Origin: Anaerolineales bacterium | GTDB lineage: Bacteria > Chloroflexota > Anaerolineae > Anaerolineales > UBA4823 | Length of the DNA: 64,000 bases | NCBI GenBank assembly: GCA_020060465.1 | Contig: JAGVAD010000017.1 | Coordinates: 1,983 to 65,982, forward strand | Direction: 5' to 3' | Notes under the pieces: model-generated | Seen by the model: only the letters and a program-made list of their open reading frames with translations | Told to the model about the DNA's origin: nothing | Database searches by the model: none | Made by a program: the position numbers and the translations under genes | Shown here: positions 54,061 through 64,000 of the stretch, in pieces | How positions within the stretch are numbered: position 1 is the first letter of the stretch | Layout of the letters: every line of letters starts with the position of its first letter

Positions 54061-57000
54061 TTACGGGGTCACTGTGAACAGACCACCCTGGCTGCGCCCA
54101 TAGACTTCGGGGAAATAGAACTCGTAGGCGGTGACCGGGATGACATGGAAGACGCCCACCGTTGCGGCGCGTGCCAGATAGGTGTACACGTAGGCGCCGG
54201 CCGGCAGATAGCTGGCCGATAACACCACCTTTTCATCGCGATATTCAATATGATTAAAGAACCACCAGCCCCAACCGCGCCATATCACATCATTGAAAGA
54301 GTAGGCGCGTGGAACTTCAACGCTCTGCGGGCTGGTGCTCAAGGATTGATCTACCGATTCCAGGCCGGCTGGCAAGGGGTCTTCAACCATCACGTGGTGC
54401 AATGTATAGGGCGCTACGATCGTCAGCCGAACCAGTAACAGCTCGCCCTGCTTCGCATCTACGACAGGCGTTTCTGGATCGGTCAGGCGATAGTAACTGC
54501 GAGAGACGATGATGCCTTGATCCAGGGCTTCGGTCTTTTCAACCGGCAAGGAGACGTTCAGGTGCGCTGTGTAATACAGGTTGCCAGCGCCATCGCTGCG
54601 GGCAAATGCCAGGCGATTCAACTGGTCTTCGAGCATCTCTTTGATATCCACTTTTAAGATTTGTGTCTGGCGTAGGGTCTCCTGGTTAGCTGTTCCGCTG
54701 CCCAATTCCTTGCCATTCAGAGCCACGGCGTATTGATAGTCGGCTTTCAACTCGCCGCTGGCTTCCATCCAACGTGTCAAAGCCATCAACGTCCAGGCGG
54801 TCTCTTGGGTGCCCCGCCAATGGCCGCCCGTGCGGCTGCTCATCAGCCAGCGCACGGCGTTGGCGTTGAGCGGGTTTTGCGGGTCAATCTGGCTCAAGGC
54901 AGAAAGGACGATAGCCGTGGTGCGCGTGTCGGTATTCCAGTTCCAGCGATCCACCTGCTTTTCTTCCCAATGGCTGCCGGTGGCGGAGAGAATCGCCCGA
55001 CTGTTGAAATCTGCCAGCAGGGTTTTAATCCGTTCATCGGAAGGATCCATCAACCAAAGCGTTTGAGCCAGAAAAGCCTGCGAATACACAGCCATGCGCT
55101 GGCGTTGATCAAAGAGCTGTACTGTGCTACTGACATCGGGTTTTCCACCACGCGCCAGGACATACAGAATAAAAGCCTGACGGTTGACCTTGTATGGATC
55201 CTTCAAGCCGACCAGCGGCTCCACCTGGAGACGCAGATAATTCAGGCTGCGTTCGATGACCGATTCGTTCACCGTGTAGCCGGCCTGGCTGGCCTCGATC
55301 AAGCCCAATGCCGTATAGGCGCTGGTGAGCGGATCGCTCTTCTCGTTGCGCCACCACCCCCAACCACCGTCGGAATTTTGCCAGTTGTAGATGCGCTGCA
55401 ATGCCTTCCACACATGCTCTTTCAGCGCGGCTTCGAGTTCAGCGTTGCTCAGTCCGGCGACTTTCAACGCCTGGGTGGTGAGAACATTGGGCAAGAAGCT
55501 GGAAATGGTTTGCTCAACACAGGCAAAGGGGTAGGTTTCCAGATAGGTCAACCCATCGGTCATGCTGGCAGCCAATGAAGGGCTGACCTGGATGGTCAAT
55601 TCACCGTCGTAAGCCTTCATTGTTTGCGGCAGGAAGATGCCTTCCACACGGGCGCCGCCAGCGGTCATCTGCCCCGAAGTTCCAACTGTTTCCGGCGCAG
55701 CAAAGTGATAGACCGGCAACCCCTGGTTATCCAGCGTACCTTGCGGGGGGCAGCTGGCGTCCCGCAGATTGCCGCTCACGGCGCTGAACACCAGGTCAAC
55801 GCGCTGCGCTTCAGGCGTCACCTGGGTTTCCCAGGTGACATAGGCCTGCTGCCTGGCAGGGATGGAGACCCTTTGAAGAGCGGGGCTATTCAACGTCAGC
55901 CCTTCGGCTTCCAAAGACACATCCACATTCAACGCCTCATCGGTATTATTATGGACGGCTGCGCCTAAGATAGCCTGGTCATTGGCGATGAAGAAACGCG
56001 GCGTTTGAGGGCGCACCAACAGCGGGCGCGTGCTGACCAGATCGTAGGTGGTCTGTCCCACACGGGTATCCTGTGTGACGGCGCGGGCGTCCATGCGCCA
56101 GGTCGTCAGGTTATCCGGCAGCGTCACCACCACAGTGGCTTCGCCGCGTTCGCTGGTCAAGACATGAGCTTCCCAGAAAGCAGTGTCCGGGAAATCCTGG
56201 CGCACGTCAATCACCCCCAATTCGCCTTCGCCCTTGCCGCCGCCGCTGCCTCCGCCTTGCCCAAGTTGCACTTCCTCTTCTATTTCCAGGTTGTATTCTT
56301 CCAGATTGTTGACCATCGGCACCGCCGTCCAAACCGAGAGACTGCGTCTGGAATAGAAATGGTCAAGAATGGGGCCGGAATTGGGCGGCAACAAGGAGAG
56401 CGTAGCCAGATCGCTCAGGCTGAGCGAAACCTCGGCGCGGATCGGCTTACCTTGATAATCGCGGGTGCGCACAGTGTATTGCACCTGCTCCCCCGGCGCG
56501 GCAATCTCTCGATCGGCGACGACTTCGACCTGGATGGTCTGTTGATTGGCGTCCACTTCGATCTGGGCAATGCCCAATTTGAAATTCGGACGCGGGTTGG
56601 TTTCATCCACCCCTTTAACCACGACGACAGAGATATAGGCGTTTGGCGCCAGGTCGGGCGTGATGGGAAGCTCGTAGATGGTGCTGTTATTGGTCAAGCG
56701 CACGACATCCTGATAGCGAATGCGCCCACGTTCGACGGTCACCAGAGCATAGGTCTCTCCCTGGAAGGGGGAAGCAATTAACACCTGGGCGGTTTCGCCG
56801 GGCTGATAGCTCTTCTTATCCGTCACCAGCTCAAAACCGCGGTCATTGGTTTGCTGCCAGGGGATATAATCCTCGCCGGCCACCCACATAAAAGCCGACG
56901 CCCTTCCAGGATTGCCCCGATCGTCCAGGGCGGTGACGCGGCCGCGATAAATGCCGCCGCGCGGCGGAATGAATGTGGCCTCTGCTTTGCCGTTTTCGTC

Positions 57001-60000
57001 AGTGGTCAGCTCGTTGAACTGCTCTATCGGGATTTCCTCTACGGAGGTTTTCCATGTAATACGCCCGGAGGGGTCCTGCTCCTGAACGCTATACCAGCGC
57101 CGTTCGACAATTTCCAGGCTCAAGGGGCGATTGGGCAAAGGATTGCCGTCCCAATCCAGCAAGACCATTTCGAAAGTTTGCTCTTTCCCCTGTTTCCCCA
57201 CATAGGTTGCGGAGCGGATGCCCGGATATACCTGGCTCAGGTGAGCGACGACATTGGTCCTGCCGCTGACTGTGGTTTGCGCCAAATCGGTCACAGTGAC
57301 TTCAAGGGTCAGGTTGCGGGCTTCGGCGGCGGCGCTCAAGTCCACCGGCAGGGTCACCGTGAACTTGCCGGCGGCGTCGGTGCGCCCCTGACCTTCGGCG
57401 ATCTTCTCCGTGCGCGGCCCTTCTCCCTCTCGGTAGCCCCAAATATCCTGTTCACGATCGGTAAAACTATAGCTGGCATACTCGTCTGGCGGCTGGAAAG
57501 TGTATGTCTCTGCGATCAGCGTCCAGGCCACTGCGGCATCGGCCACGCCTCCGCCGGAGTAATAATCCGCCTGCACGGTCGCTGTAAAGCTCTCGCCAGA
57601 AAGCACATCCGCAGGCGAGGCTTCTACTTTGATTTGAAACTCCGGTTTGCGATATTCGGCGACATTGAAAGTGACATTTCCAATCGGATCTTTGCGCCCC
57701 GCCAGGTACACATCCAGGGAGTAATAGCCCAAGGCGGCTTCCGCATCCAGCACGAATTTGCCGTCGAAACTGCCAAACGAGGAAAGCGGCAGCTCTTCCT
57801 CATAAACGGTTTCCTCGAAACTGGAGATCTTGACCGTTACCTGACGAACATCCGGGATGCTGTACTCCAGGTCAGTGTCCAGTCGTACGATACCTTTGAA
57901 ATACACTGGTTGCCCAGGGCGGTAGATGGGGCGCTCGGTGTACACATAAGCTGTGGGGCGATTGGCCGGAGCATAATAATCCATCCAAATGCCGTAATCA
58001 TACGTATTAACGCCACTGCCCCATTGACTGGAGGCGAAGCCAAACACATCGCCGTTATCCACCAGCGCAAAGCGCGCGGCATAGCCCTCTTCCGAGGGAA
58101 CGGGTAAATCCAGGTGTAACTTTCCATCTGGATCGGTTCGTCCCTCTCCAATCAAAACGCCCTTGTCATCCCAAATCTTCGCCGGCTGATCGGCGAGCGG
58201 TTCGCCGCTGTCCAAATCCGTCAGCCATAGCAGACCGTCGGTGGTGGAGGTCTTGAAGGTCAGGTTGGCGCTGGCGACATACAGCAACCGGTAATCCACG
58301 AATGGGCCGTCATGGCGAACATCGGGCGAATCCAATCCCAAGAAATAGAAGCCTGGAGGCAGAGGTTGACCTTCGGTTTCGTAGGGCTGATATTTCTTGA
58401 GCACCCGCTCGTTCAGCCTGGCGCCATCCTGTTCCTGCGCCTGCCAAACGCGCGAGTCGCCCGAAGGGCGGTAATTATAGGCGTTGATGCGACCACTCAA
58501 CAAGCTGATAAACTGCTCGGAGGACAGGCGGTGCAAGGTCAGCGTAACGCTGCTCACGTTGGTGTAAGCAATGTAAAACTCCTGTCCTTTGTCTGCGCTG
58601 GTGCGCAGCATTGGAGCGTCGTAAGGCATGAGCAAGCTGGCCGATGGCGAATAGGGGGCGGTGGTAAAGCGGATTACCTGCTCCTGTCGAGTGGGATTGC
58701 CATAAATGTCTTCCATGCCCGCCCGAAAGCGGATTTCGTAATTGGTAGAAGGCTGCAAAAAGAAGCCAACCATGCTCCAATCCCACTCGTTGTAATACCA
58801 TTGGACCTCTTTTTCGGGTTGCGGCGAGATCACGATGCGCGATTTTACCGTATCTATGCGCATGGGAGAGGCAAACTTGATATACAGATCAGGGGTGTAT
58901 TGCGTTTGTGTGCGTCCATCCCCTGGCCGGGTAGATACGATCGCCGGGGGAGGGATGGTGTGGAATGACCAATCTAACCCTTCAGTCAGCTCTCCGCCAG
59001 TAGCCGCTTGAGCGCTGGTTTCCAGACGCAGGGTGTAAGCGGTGTCCAGCTTGAGGCGCTGCGTGGGAGTAATCACCAGTAGATAGTCGTTATCCTGCCA
59101 TTCTGTGATCAGGCTGGATTTTCCCCCAGCCTGATCCACGAGAGAAAGCGCCTGCTCCGTGCTGTCGCGATGCATGGGCTGCTGGAAACGAACGGAAAAA
59201 TATTCATCCAGCAGCACTCCCTCGGCGTTGTTTTCGGGGTTGGTGCGACCATCCGATAGAGCAAACCACTCAATGCCCGGCCTGGTTGTGGAGAAGCTCC
59301 AGGTGTAATCGCTGGCCAGGGCAGATTGACCGGTCACATCTTTCAAACCGGCGCGCACCGAAACCTGATACTCCGTCCCACCTTTCAAACCCGGTTCAGG
59401 GCGAAAGGCATAAACGGAGGTGTTCACCCATTCGCCTTTTCCTTCCACAGATGGTGAGATGATCAACGGGTTGGGCAGATTCTGACGCTCCTCGGCAATG
59501 GTGAGCGGCGCAACCGGGCGGTTGAAGATCACGGTGATCACGGCGTCGCTGGCAACATCACGCGCTCCATCCGCAGGAAAAACCTGGCTCACCTGCAAAT
59601 CTCCGGCGGTGAGGAACTGAAAACCGTATGGCTCAAGAATAGCAACCCCTGCAGCGCTGGCGGCCTGTGTTTCAAGGCTGGCAAAGTATAGCGCGCCGCC
59701 TGGCAAACTCTGCGAAGGAAGGAAGCGCAGGGTACGGTCGCCTTCCCAGGAAATTTCGCCGGGCGTCGCCTTACCCTCTGCATCCAGCAACTGAAATGCG
59801 CCGCCGGTTTTTTCAACATCCATCGCCTGGTCGAAGGTGAGTTCAATCGCCTCGCCCGGCGCCAGTTCTTCTCCCCCGCTTGGGCGACGCGAGATGACAC
59901 GTGGTGGGAGAGGCGAGCCGTCGTCAATCATGGTAAGGGTTGTGATTGCCGACGTAGGCTGGGCGAGAGAAGGGGTTTTCACTCCAGGTTCTTCTGTGCC

Positions 60001-60096
60001 AATGGGAGGCGCCGGCGGTGCAGGTTGGCACGCAGCCGCTATTAGACTGCTTACAACAAGCGCCAGAACAACTCGGTAAAATTTTTTGTTATGCAT
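54061..60096 (-). CDS. Bacterial alpha-2-macroglobulin family lipoprotein (YfhM-like) with N-terminal Ig-like (SbsA/Big_5-type) repeats
   Basis: Lipobox (SSLIAAAC). Thioester motif CVEQ (nt 55510-55521). Bait, MG-domain and TED architecture over about 2000 aa. Start set at MHNKKF, with AAGAGG upstream. Confidence 0.88.
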   Translation of the reverse strand: MHNKKFYRVVLALVVSSLIAAACQPAPPAPPIGTEEPGVKTPSLAQPTSAITTLTMIDDGSPLPPRVISRRPSGGEELAPGEAIELTFDQAMDVEKTGGAFQLLDAEGKATPGEISWEGDRTLRFLPSQSLPGGALYFASLETQAASAAGVAILEPYGFQFLTAGDLQVSQVFPADGARDVASDAVITVIFNRPVAPLTIAEERQNLPNPLIISPSVEGKGEWVNTSVYAFRPEPGLKGGTEYQVSVRAGLKDVTGQSALASDYTWSFSTTRPGIEWFALSDGRTNPENNAEGVLLDEYFSVRFQQPMHRDSTEQALSLVDQAGGKSSLITEWQDNDYLLVITPTQRLKLDTAYTLRLETSAQAATGGELTEGLDWSFHTIPPPAIVSTRPGDGRTQTQYTPDLYIKFASPMRIDTVKSRIVISPQPEKEVQWYYNEWDWSMVGFFLQPSTNYEIRFRAGMEDIYGNPTRQEQVIRFTTAPYSPSASLLMPYDAPMLRTSADKGQEFYIAYTNVSSVTLTLHRLSSEQFISLLSGRINAYNYRPSGDSRVWQAQEQDGARLNERVLKKYQPYETEGQPLPPGFYFLGLDSPDVRHDGPFVDYRLLYVASANLTFKTSTTDGLLWLTDLDSGEPLADQPAKIWDDKGVLIGEGRTDPDGKLHLDLPVPSEEGYAARFALVDNGDVFGFASSQWGSGVNTYDYGIWMDYYAPANRPTAYVYTERPIYRPGQPVYFKGIVRLDTDLEYSIPDVRQVTVKISSFEETVYEEELPLSSFGSFDGKFVLDAEAALGYYSLDVYLAGRKDPIGNVTFNVAEYRKPEFQIKVEASPADVLSGESFTATVQADYYSGGGVADAAVAWTLIAETYTFQPPDEYASYSFTDREQDIWGYREGEGPRTEKIAEGQGRTDAAGKFTVTLPVDLSAAAEARNLTLEVTVTDLAQTTVSGRTNVVAHLSQVYPGIRSATYVGKQGKEQTFEMVLLDWDGNPLPNRPLSLEIVERRWYSVQEQDPSGRITWKTSVEEIPIEQFNELTTDENGKAEATFIPPRGGIYRGRVTALDDRGNPGRASAFMWVAGEDYIPWQQTNDRGFELVTDKKSYQPGETAQVLIASPFQGETYALVTVERGRIRYQDVVRLTNNSTIYELPITPDLAPNAYISVVVVKGVDETNPRPNFKLGIAQIEVDANQQTIQVEVVADREIAAPGEQVQYTVRTRDYQGKPIRAEVSLSLSDLATLSLLPPNSGPILDHFYSRRSLSVWTAVPMVNNLEEYNLEIEEEVQLGQGGGSGGGKGEGELGVIDVRQDFPDTAFWEAHVLTSERGEATVVVTLPDNLTTWRMDARAVTQDTRVGQTTYDLVSTRPLLVRPQTPRFFIANDQAILGAAVHNNTDEALNVDVSLEAEGLTLNSPALQRVSIPARQQAYVTWETQVTPEAQRVDLVFSAVSGNLRDASCPPQGTLDNQGLPVYHFAAPETVGTSGQMTAGGARVEGIFLPQTMKAYDGELTIQVSPSLAASMTDGLTYLETYPFACVEQTISSFLPNVLTTQALKVAGLSNAELEAALKEHVWKALQRIYNWQNSDGGWGWWRNEKSDPLTSAYTALGLIEASQAGYTVNESVIERSLNYLRLQVEPLVGLKDPYKVNRQAFILYVLARGGKPDVSSTVQLFDQRQRMAVYSQAFLAQTLWLMDPSDERIKTLLADFNSRAILSATGSHWEEKQVDRWNWNTDTRTTAIVLSALSQIDPQNPLNANAVRWLMSSRTGGHWRGTQETAWTLMALTRWMEASGELKADYQYAVALNGKELGSGTANQETLRQTQILKVDIKEMLEDQLNRLAFARSDGAGNLYYTAHLNVSLPVEKTEALDQGIIVSRSYYRLTDPETPVVDAKQGELLLVRLTIVAPYTLHHVMVEDPLPAGLESVDQSLSTSPQSVEVPRAYSFNDVIWRGWGWWFFNHIEYRDEKVVLSASYLPAGAYVYTYLARAATVGVFHVIPVTAYEFYFPEVYGRSQGGLFTVTP

Positions 60097-60172
60097 GAAG
60101 GCCTCTTTTTCCCTAAGGATCAATCAGACTTTTATGTATCGTAGAAGACAGAAAGTTTTAACAGAGTTTGCA

Positions 60173-61783
60173 TCAGGGTTGGATTTCCACAACCACGCCG
60201 TTCTCCGCCCACTGATACAACCATTCCGCCGCAGGTAAATCCAGGATGATGCAGCCATACGATGCGGGGCGACCCAGAACGTTAGCCCACAAACGACGTC
60301 CATTCGAAAGCATCGGCAAACCATGAATGCCGTTCATAAAACCCGGCCAGGCTTCGTAAATCCCCAAGAAATTGGGCATATACAAATCCCAGATCGAAGC
60401 GTAAGCGTTCGGATCATGGGTTTGCACCTGGAAAATTCCAGGCTGCGTCGGCGAACGGTCAATGCCGGTGCTGATCACATGTTGGGCGATCAGATCATTG
60501 TTTTGATACGCTTTCAGACGTTGCTGACCGATCTGGATCACTATTCGTTTGTTGGGGATCACCGGCAGCGGCAGCAATTCGTCTTTGGAAGGAATAACCA
60601 GCGATGCCCCGGCTTGAAGCCGGTCGGGGTCCAGGCCAGGATTGGCATTTATAATCATCCAGAAGGGCATGCCCAGTTTCCATCCGATCTTGAGCAGGGT
60701 GTCGCCAGGCTGGACCGTATAGGTGGTGGGGCGATGACGCACTCTCGCCTGAAGCGTCTGACGCTGGCGCAAGGTTTCTCCCAGCAAAGCCAGGTCGTCT
60801 TGCGGTTCAAGGAAGCGTTCGGGTCCAAGTTCGAGGCTCAATTTTTCGAGATAAGCAGCGACTTTTGCATGGTCAAAAGCCGCCTGGGGGCCGTTATCGC
60901 CAGAGATGATGGTGAGCCACTCGCCTACCATCTGGCGTGGAATCGGCCAATTGAAAGTTTCATTGCGGATGGGGTCATACGCAGCGATGGTCAGCGGTGT
61001 ATCCAGCAACCGTTGCGCCTCCGCCAGCGCAGAAGAAACATCGCTCACCTGCGGCAAGACCGGCTGTGGAATGACGACCAACGTGCCCTTTTGCATGACT
61101 GCGGACGGATTAGTGGAAAGCTCCGCCAGCGTGGCGTCAATATTGATAGTGTAACCGATTTCCGCGGGTACGACGGTCAAGAGACCGTCTTGATAGCGCA
61201 ACGCGGCGTCAACCGCTGGCTGGCTCAATGAGGGTGACAGCGATTCTAAACGGCTGCGGGCGACAGATTCATCCAGGAGAATAACGGGTGTCACCGGCCA
61301 ACCTTCATAACGGGCAACTGCCATCTGCGCCGCCTCGGCCAGGATAGAGCCGCCGTGGCCTACCTCATGGGCGCGCTGCACGGTTGCGGCGGCGTCTATC
61401 TGGATGCCCAGTTCGGCAGGTGTCAGCAATTGTGACTGTATGCCATTCGTAACCCGAATCTGCGCTTCTACCCCCCAGGCTTTTTCAAGAGCGGTGCGCG
61501 CTTCCGCCATTGTCATCCCGCTCAAATCTACCCCGCCGGCGCTCACCCCTGGGGCGATCCGCCCGCTGAATTGGTAATATGCATATAACGCCGGGACGAC
61601 GCTCAAGGCCAGGCACAATGCAAAGGTCAACGCCAAAATTGCCCAAAGCGCCAGCCAATTGTATGCAGACCCACGCCGCCGTTGCGCTTCTCCGACGCGG
61701 ATCACCTTAGGCGGCGGTGTATCGCTGGACGACGGAGCAGGCGGCTCCATCCAACCAGACATTCGATTGGAATCCCAGGACAT
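60173..61783 (-). CDS. L,D-transpeptidase (YkuD) with N-terminal TM helix, PG-binding-like region and LysM domain
   Basis: LysM (YTVQPGDTLLKIGWKLG). YkuD catalytic block (GIHGLP...SYGCIIL). Confidence 0.85.
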   Translation of the reverse strand: MSWDSNRMSGWMEPPAPSSSDTPPPKVIRVGEAQRRRGSAYNWLALWAILALTFALCLALSVVPALYAYYQFSGRIAPGVSAGGVDLSGMTMAEARTALEKAWGVEAQIRVTNGIQSQLLTPAELGIQIDAAATVQRAHEVGHGGSILAEAAQMAVARYEGWPVTPVILLDESVARSRLESLSPSLSQPAVDAALRYQDGLLTVVPAEIGYTINIDATLAELSTNPSAVMQKGTLVVIPQPVLPQVSDVSSALAEAQRLLDTPLTIAAYDPIRNETFNWPIPRQMVGEWLTIISGDNGPQAAFDHAKVAAYLEKLSLELGPERFLEPQDDLALLGETLRQRQTLQARVRHRPTTYTVQPGDTLLKIGWKLGMPFWMIINANPGLDPDRLQAGASLVIPSKDELLPLPVIPNKRIVIQIGQQRLKAYQNNDLIAQHVISTGIDRSPTQPGIFQVQTHDPNAYASIWDLYMPNFLGIYEAWPGFMNGIHGLPMLSNGRRLWANVLGRPASYGCIILDLPAAEWLYQWAENGVVVEIQP

Positions 61784-61957
61784 AAGTTATGGACGAAGGC
61801 GATGGGGCGCTGGTTCCCAAAGCAACCATCTATCGTAGGTTTTTCTCAAAGTCACGCTGGGTTAAGGTGCAACGCGCTACCGCAATGAAAGAAGCCAAAA
61901 TCTTTGCTGCCAGCCACATCCACATTCTAACCCAAGCGCGTCGCACCTACCATAAGA

Positions 61958-63127
61958 TTAAACCACGGCAGCCTCCACGGAGAGGATTGGCGGAAGATAA
62001 TCGGCCATCAGCTCCCAATGATCGCCGTCATCTCGGCTGTAGAATAACTGGCCGGTGCTGGCGCCAAAATAAATCCCGGCTGGCTCCAACGGATCGGTCG
62101 CCATCGCTTCTCGCAATACAACCAGATGCGCCATTTCTGGCAGCCCGGCAGTTATCGGTTGCCATGAAGCGCCGCTATCCTGGCTGCGCCAAACCGCCAG
62201 CTTCCCCTCTATGCTCAGACGATATTCATCGCTTTCTTCAGGAATGATGTAGACCGTTTCAGGGTCTTTCGGATGCACTGCAATGGGGAAACCAAAACGG
62301 CTGGGTAGCCTGCCCTCGCCAATATCCACCCACTCGTCGCCAGCGTTATCGCTGCGATAAATGCCGCAGTGATTTTGCTGGAACAGGACATGCGGGCGGG
62401 AAGGGTGCAAAGTCATTTTATGCACACAATGGCCGAATTCCGGAAATGGATTGGGCATAAAATCGGCGCGTACATTACGGTTGCGAGGCGACCAGGTTTG
62501 CCCACCGTCATCGCTACGGTAGCACCCCCCGGCGGAGATCGCCGCATACAGACGCTGCGGCTGGTTTGGGTCCAGCAGAATGGTGTGCAACGCCAGCCCG
62601 CCAGCGCCAGGAAACCACTGAGGGCGATGAGGATGATCGAACAACCCCTCGTTCACCGCCCAGCTCTCGCCGCCATCCTCCGAACGAAACAAAGCGGCAG
62701 GTTCAACACCGGCATATAAGACATTCGGCTCTTGCGGGCGACCCGGGGTGATGTTCCACACCTTGTTCACTTTCTCCGGCTGATCGCGCACGGCGTCTGC
62801 ATCGGCCGCTTCCGCTGGCGTGCCAGGCGGGCGACCAGATTTTGATGGCCGAGGAAAAGCCGGCGGCTGACGAACCTGGGTCCAGGTCTGGCCCAGATCG
62901 TCGGAGTAATGGGTTGTGGCGCCATAAACATCGTGCGCCACCGCGGCGTGCATACGCTGATGGCGGGCGTCTAAAACCATGTGCATCACATTCCAGGATT
63001 TGAACAACAAATCGCTTCGACGCCAGCTCTTGCGCTGACGGTCGCTGGTGAAAATCACTGCCCCTTTGCGAGTGCCGACCATGACCAGGACACGATCGGA
63101 TGAGGGTGAGTTATTGGGCATGTTCAT
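61958..63127 (-). CDS. BNR/Asp-box repeat beta-propeller protein (sialidase/Xgh74/Ycf48-like fold)
   Basis: Six SxDxGxxW boxes: SDDLGQTW, SEDGGESW, SDDGGQTW, SDNAGDEW, SQDSGASW, SRDDGDHW. Confidence 0.8.
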   Translation of the reverse strand: MNMPNNSPSSDRVLVMVGTRKGAVIFTSDRQRKSWRRSDLLFKSWNVMHMVLDARHQRMHAAVAHDVYGATTHYSDDLGQTWTQVRQPPAFPRPSKSGRPPGTPAEAADADAVRDQPEKVNKVWNITPGRPQEPNVLYAGVEPAALFRSEDGGESWAVNEGLFDHPHRPQWFPGAGGLALHTILLDPNQPQRLYAAISAGGCYRSDDGGQTWSPRNRNVRADFMPNPFPEFGHCVHKMTLHPSRPHVLFQQNHCGIYRSDNAGDEWVDIGEGRLPSRFGFPIAVHPKDPETVYIIPEESDEYRLSIEGKLAVWRSQDSGASWQPITAGLPEMAHLVVLREAMATDPLEPAGIYFGASTGQLFYSRDDGDHWELMADYLPPILSVEAAVV

Positions 63128-63273
63128 ATTCCTTTCGTAAAAGATCGGATAACAGGAAACCGTCTGATAGGGAGATGGCGGCTAGACGCCGCCCGGTAAG
63201 TTGGCGCAGCGCCCTACAATATCTACCAACCAAGTCCGAATTATAATCCAGAAAGTCTATAAACCCTGAAGGC

Positions 63274-63308
63274 AAAAAAACAAGGCCTGTCCTATTGCGA
63301 CAGGCCTT
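63274..63308 (-). terminator. Intrinsic terminator after the M6-like gene
   Basis: On the minus strand: AAGGCCUGUC-gcaauag-GACAGGCCUU followed by GUUUUUUU. Perfect 10-bp stem. Confidence 0.8.
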
Positions 63309-63332
63309 GCAGTTAGAATCTTGTAGGGAATC

Positions 63333-64000
63333 CTACTTCACAAACTCATAAGTGTAGTTGGCGTAGTTATAGACGCCCTCAGGCGCAGCATAGGTGACCA
63401 GCATCACCACATACTTGGAGTATTTGAATAATTTGGTCAACTTTACGCTGCCCTCTTCGTTCAAGTCTGAGAGGCTCATGGTCATAACTTTGTAACTGCG
63501 CTTGCCGGTTCCGTTCTTGAGGGCGACAAAAGTAACCATGAAGTCGTTTTCGATCGGAACGATCTGGGTAATATCCTGGAAGGGATCCACCGATGAACCG
63601 TCTGAAATCACAACCCCATCAATCGCCACGTTATCAATGAACCAACCAGCCTCATAAGTCGCCCAGTCCGTGATGTAGCGGAAGGCGATCAAAATCTGCT
63701 GACCGCTGTAGGCGCTCAGGTCGAAGCTCATGTTCACCCAACTGCCGCCTGTGGAGCCGGTGAGGCCGGGCAAATTCTCGACGACTTTGGGATGGGCGTT
63801 TGGATCATGGTCGGAGGTGGTGTAAGCGTTGGACAGGCTGGTCCAGGTAGCGCCGCCATCGGTAGAGACCTGAACGAAACCGAAGTCCCATGCCTCCTCG
63901 ATATCATACTTTGTGTCAAAGGACAGAACGCCGCCGCCCGTGGCGGAGAAGATCGCCCAATGATCCACCAGATCGCCTTCGCCGCCCCACAGCACTTCAC
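63333..64000 (-). CDS. C-terminal part of a secreted protein resembling immune-inhibitor-A (M6) metalloprotease (5' end lies outside the window)
   Basis: The frame is open to the window edge. FGFVQVSTDGGATWTSL...ILIAFRYITDWATYEAGWFIDNVAIDG resembles the post-catalytic domains of the M6 family. Confidence 0.55.
   Translation of the reverse strand, partial: EVLWGGEGDLVDHWAIFSATGGGVLSFDTKYDIEEAWDFGFVQVSTDGGATWTSLSNAYTTSDHDPNAHPKVVENLPGLTGSTGGSWVNMSFDLSAYSGQQILIAFRYITDWATYEAGWFIDNVAIDGVVISDGSSVDPFQDITQIVPIENDFMVTFVALKNGTGKRSYKVMTMSLSDLNEEGSVKLTKLFKYSKYVVMLVTYAAPEGVYNYANYTYEFVK

Noticed and set aside
54733-58107. Several long plus-strand ORFs: 54733-55578, 56005-56781 and 56851-58107.
   Set aside because: All lie antisense within the 6-kb alpha-2-macroglobulin gene. 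They have no motifs and a biased Arg/Gly/His composition.

Overview
The window is a 64 kb chromosomal segment, moderately GC-rich and densely coding, with about 50 protein genes. I recognised no rRNA, tRNA, CRISPR array, transposase or integrase. The gene content suggests a Chloroflexota, Anaerolineae-like organism, but this is inference only. That content includes a mevalonate kinase plus isopentenyl-phosphate kinase pair, an F420-type LLM oxidoreductase, WD40 lipoproteins with Pro/Thr linkers, many LysM cell-wall enzymes, and GGAGG ribosome-binding sites.

Housekeeping and metabolic genes:
- a NuoF-like and FdhA-like pair
- galE
- tlyA
- the mvk and ipk pair
- hsp20
- argG-argH
- M32 carboxypeptidase
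- Zn-dependent alcohol dehydrogenase
- DJ-1/PfpI
- a CrtI-like oxidoreductase

Cell-envelope genes:
- M23-LysM peptidase
- GH25-LysM muramidase
- a PBP1C-like synthase
- a 2011-aa alpha-2-macroglobulin with an intact CVEQ thioester
- a YkuD L,D-transpeptidase
- a GT-C, GT2 and flippase-like module

The most interesting locus is a translationally coupled five-gene minus-strand operon at about 36235-45409. It encodes a BcsB-like protein, a membrane protein with a degenerate GGDEF domain, a 101-aa 2-TM protein, a 1320-aa processive GT2 synthase, and a CE4 polysaccharide deacetylase.
- The synthase has a roughly 865-aa N-terminus built from about six tandem T2SS-E N-terminal (MshEN-like) modules.
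- Several modules carry near-consensus MshEN c-di-GMP-binding motifs.
- The synthase has no PilZ domain.
- I interpret the operon as a hybrid Bcs/Pga/Pel-like exopolysaccharide system, probably gated by c-di-GMP, with an unusual receptor architecture.

Three other c-di-GMP genes lie in the same window: an REC-HD-GYP protein, a PilZ protein, and an REC protein with a degenerate GGDEF domain.

Other notable items:
- a structured leader upstream of argGH, with an Arg-rich mini-ORF and an intrinsic terminator, which may be an attenuator
- an FdhA-like protein that has lost the Mo-ligand Cys/Sec (now Tyr), the His-Cys3 cluster and the C-terminal cap domain
- a small family of GC-rich hairpin repeats
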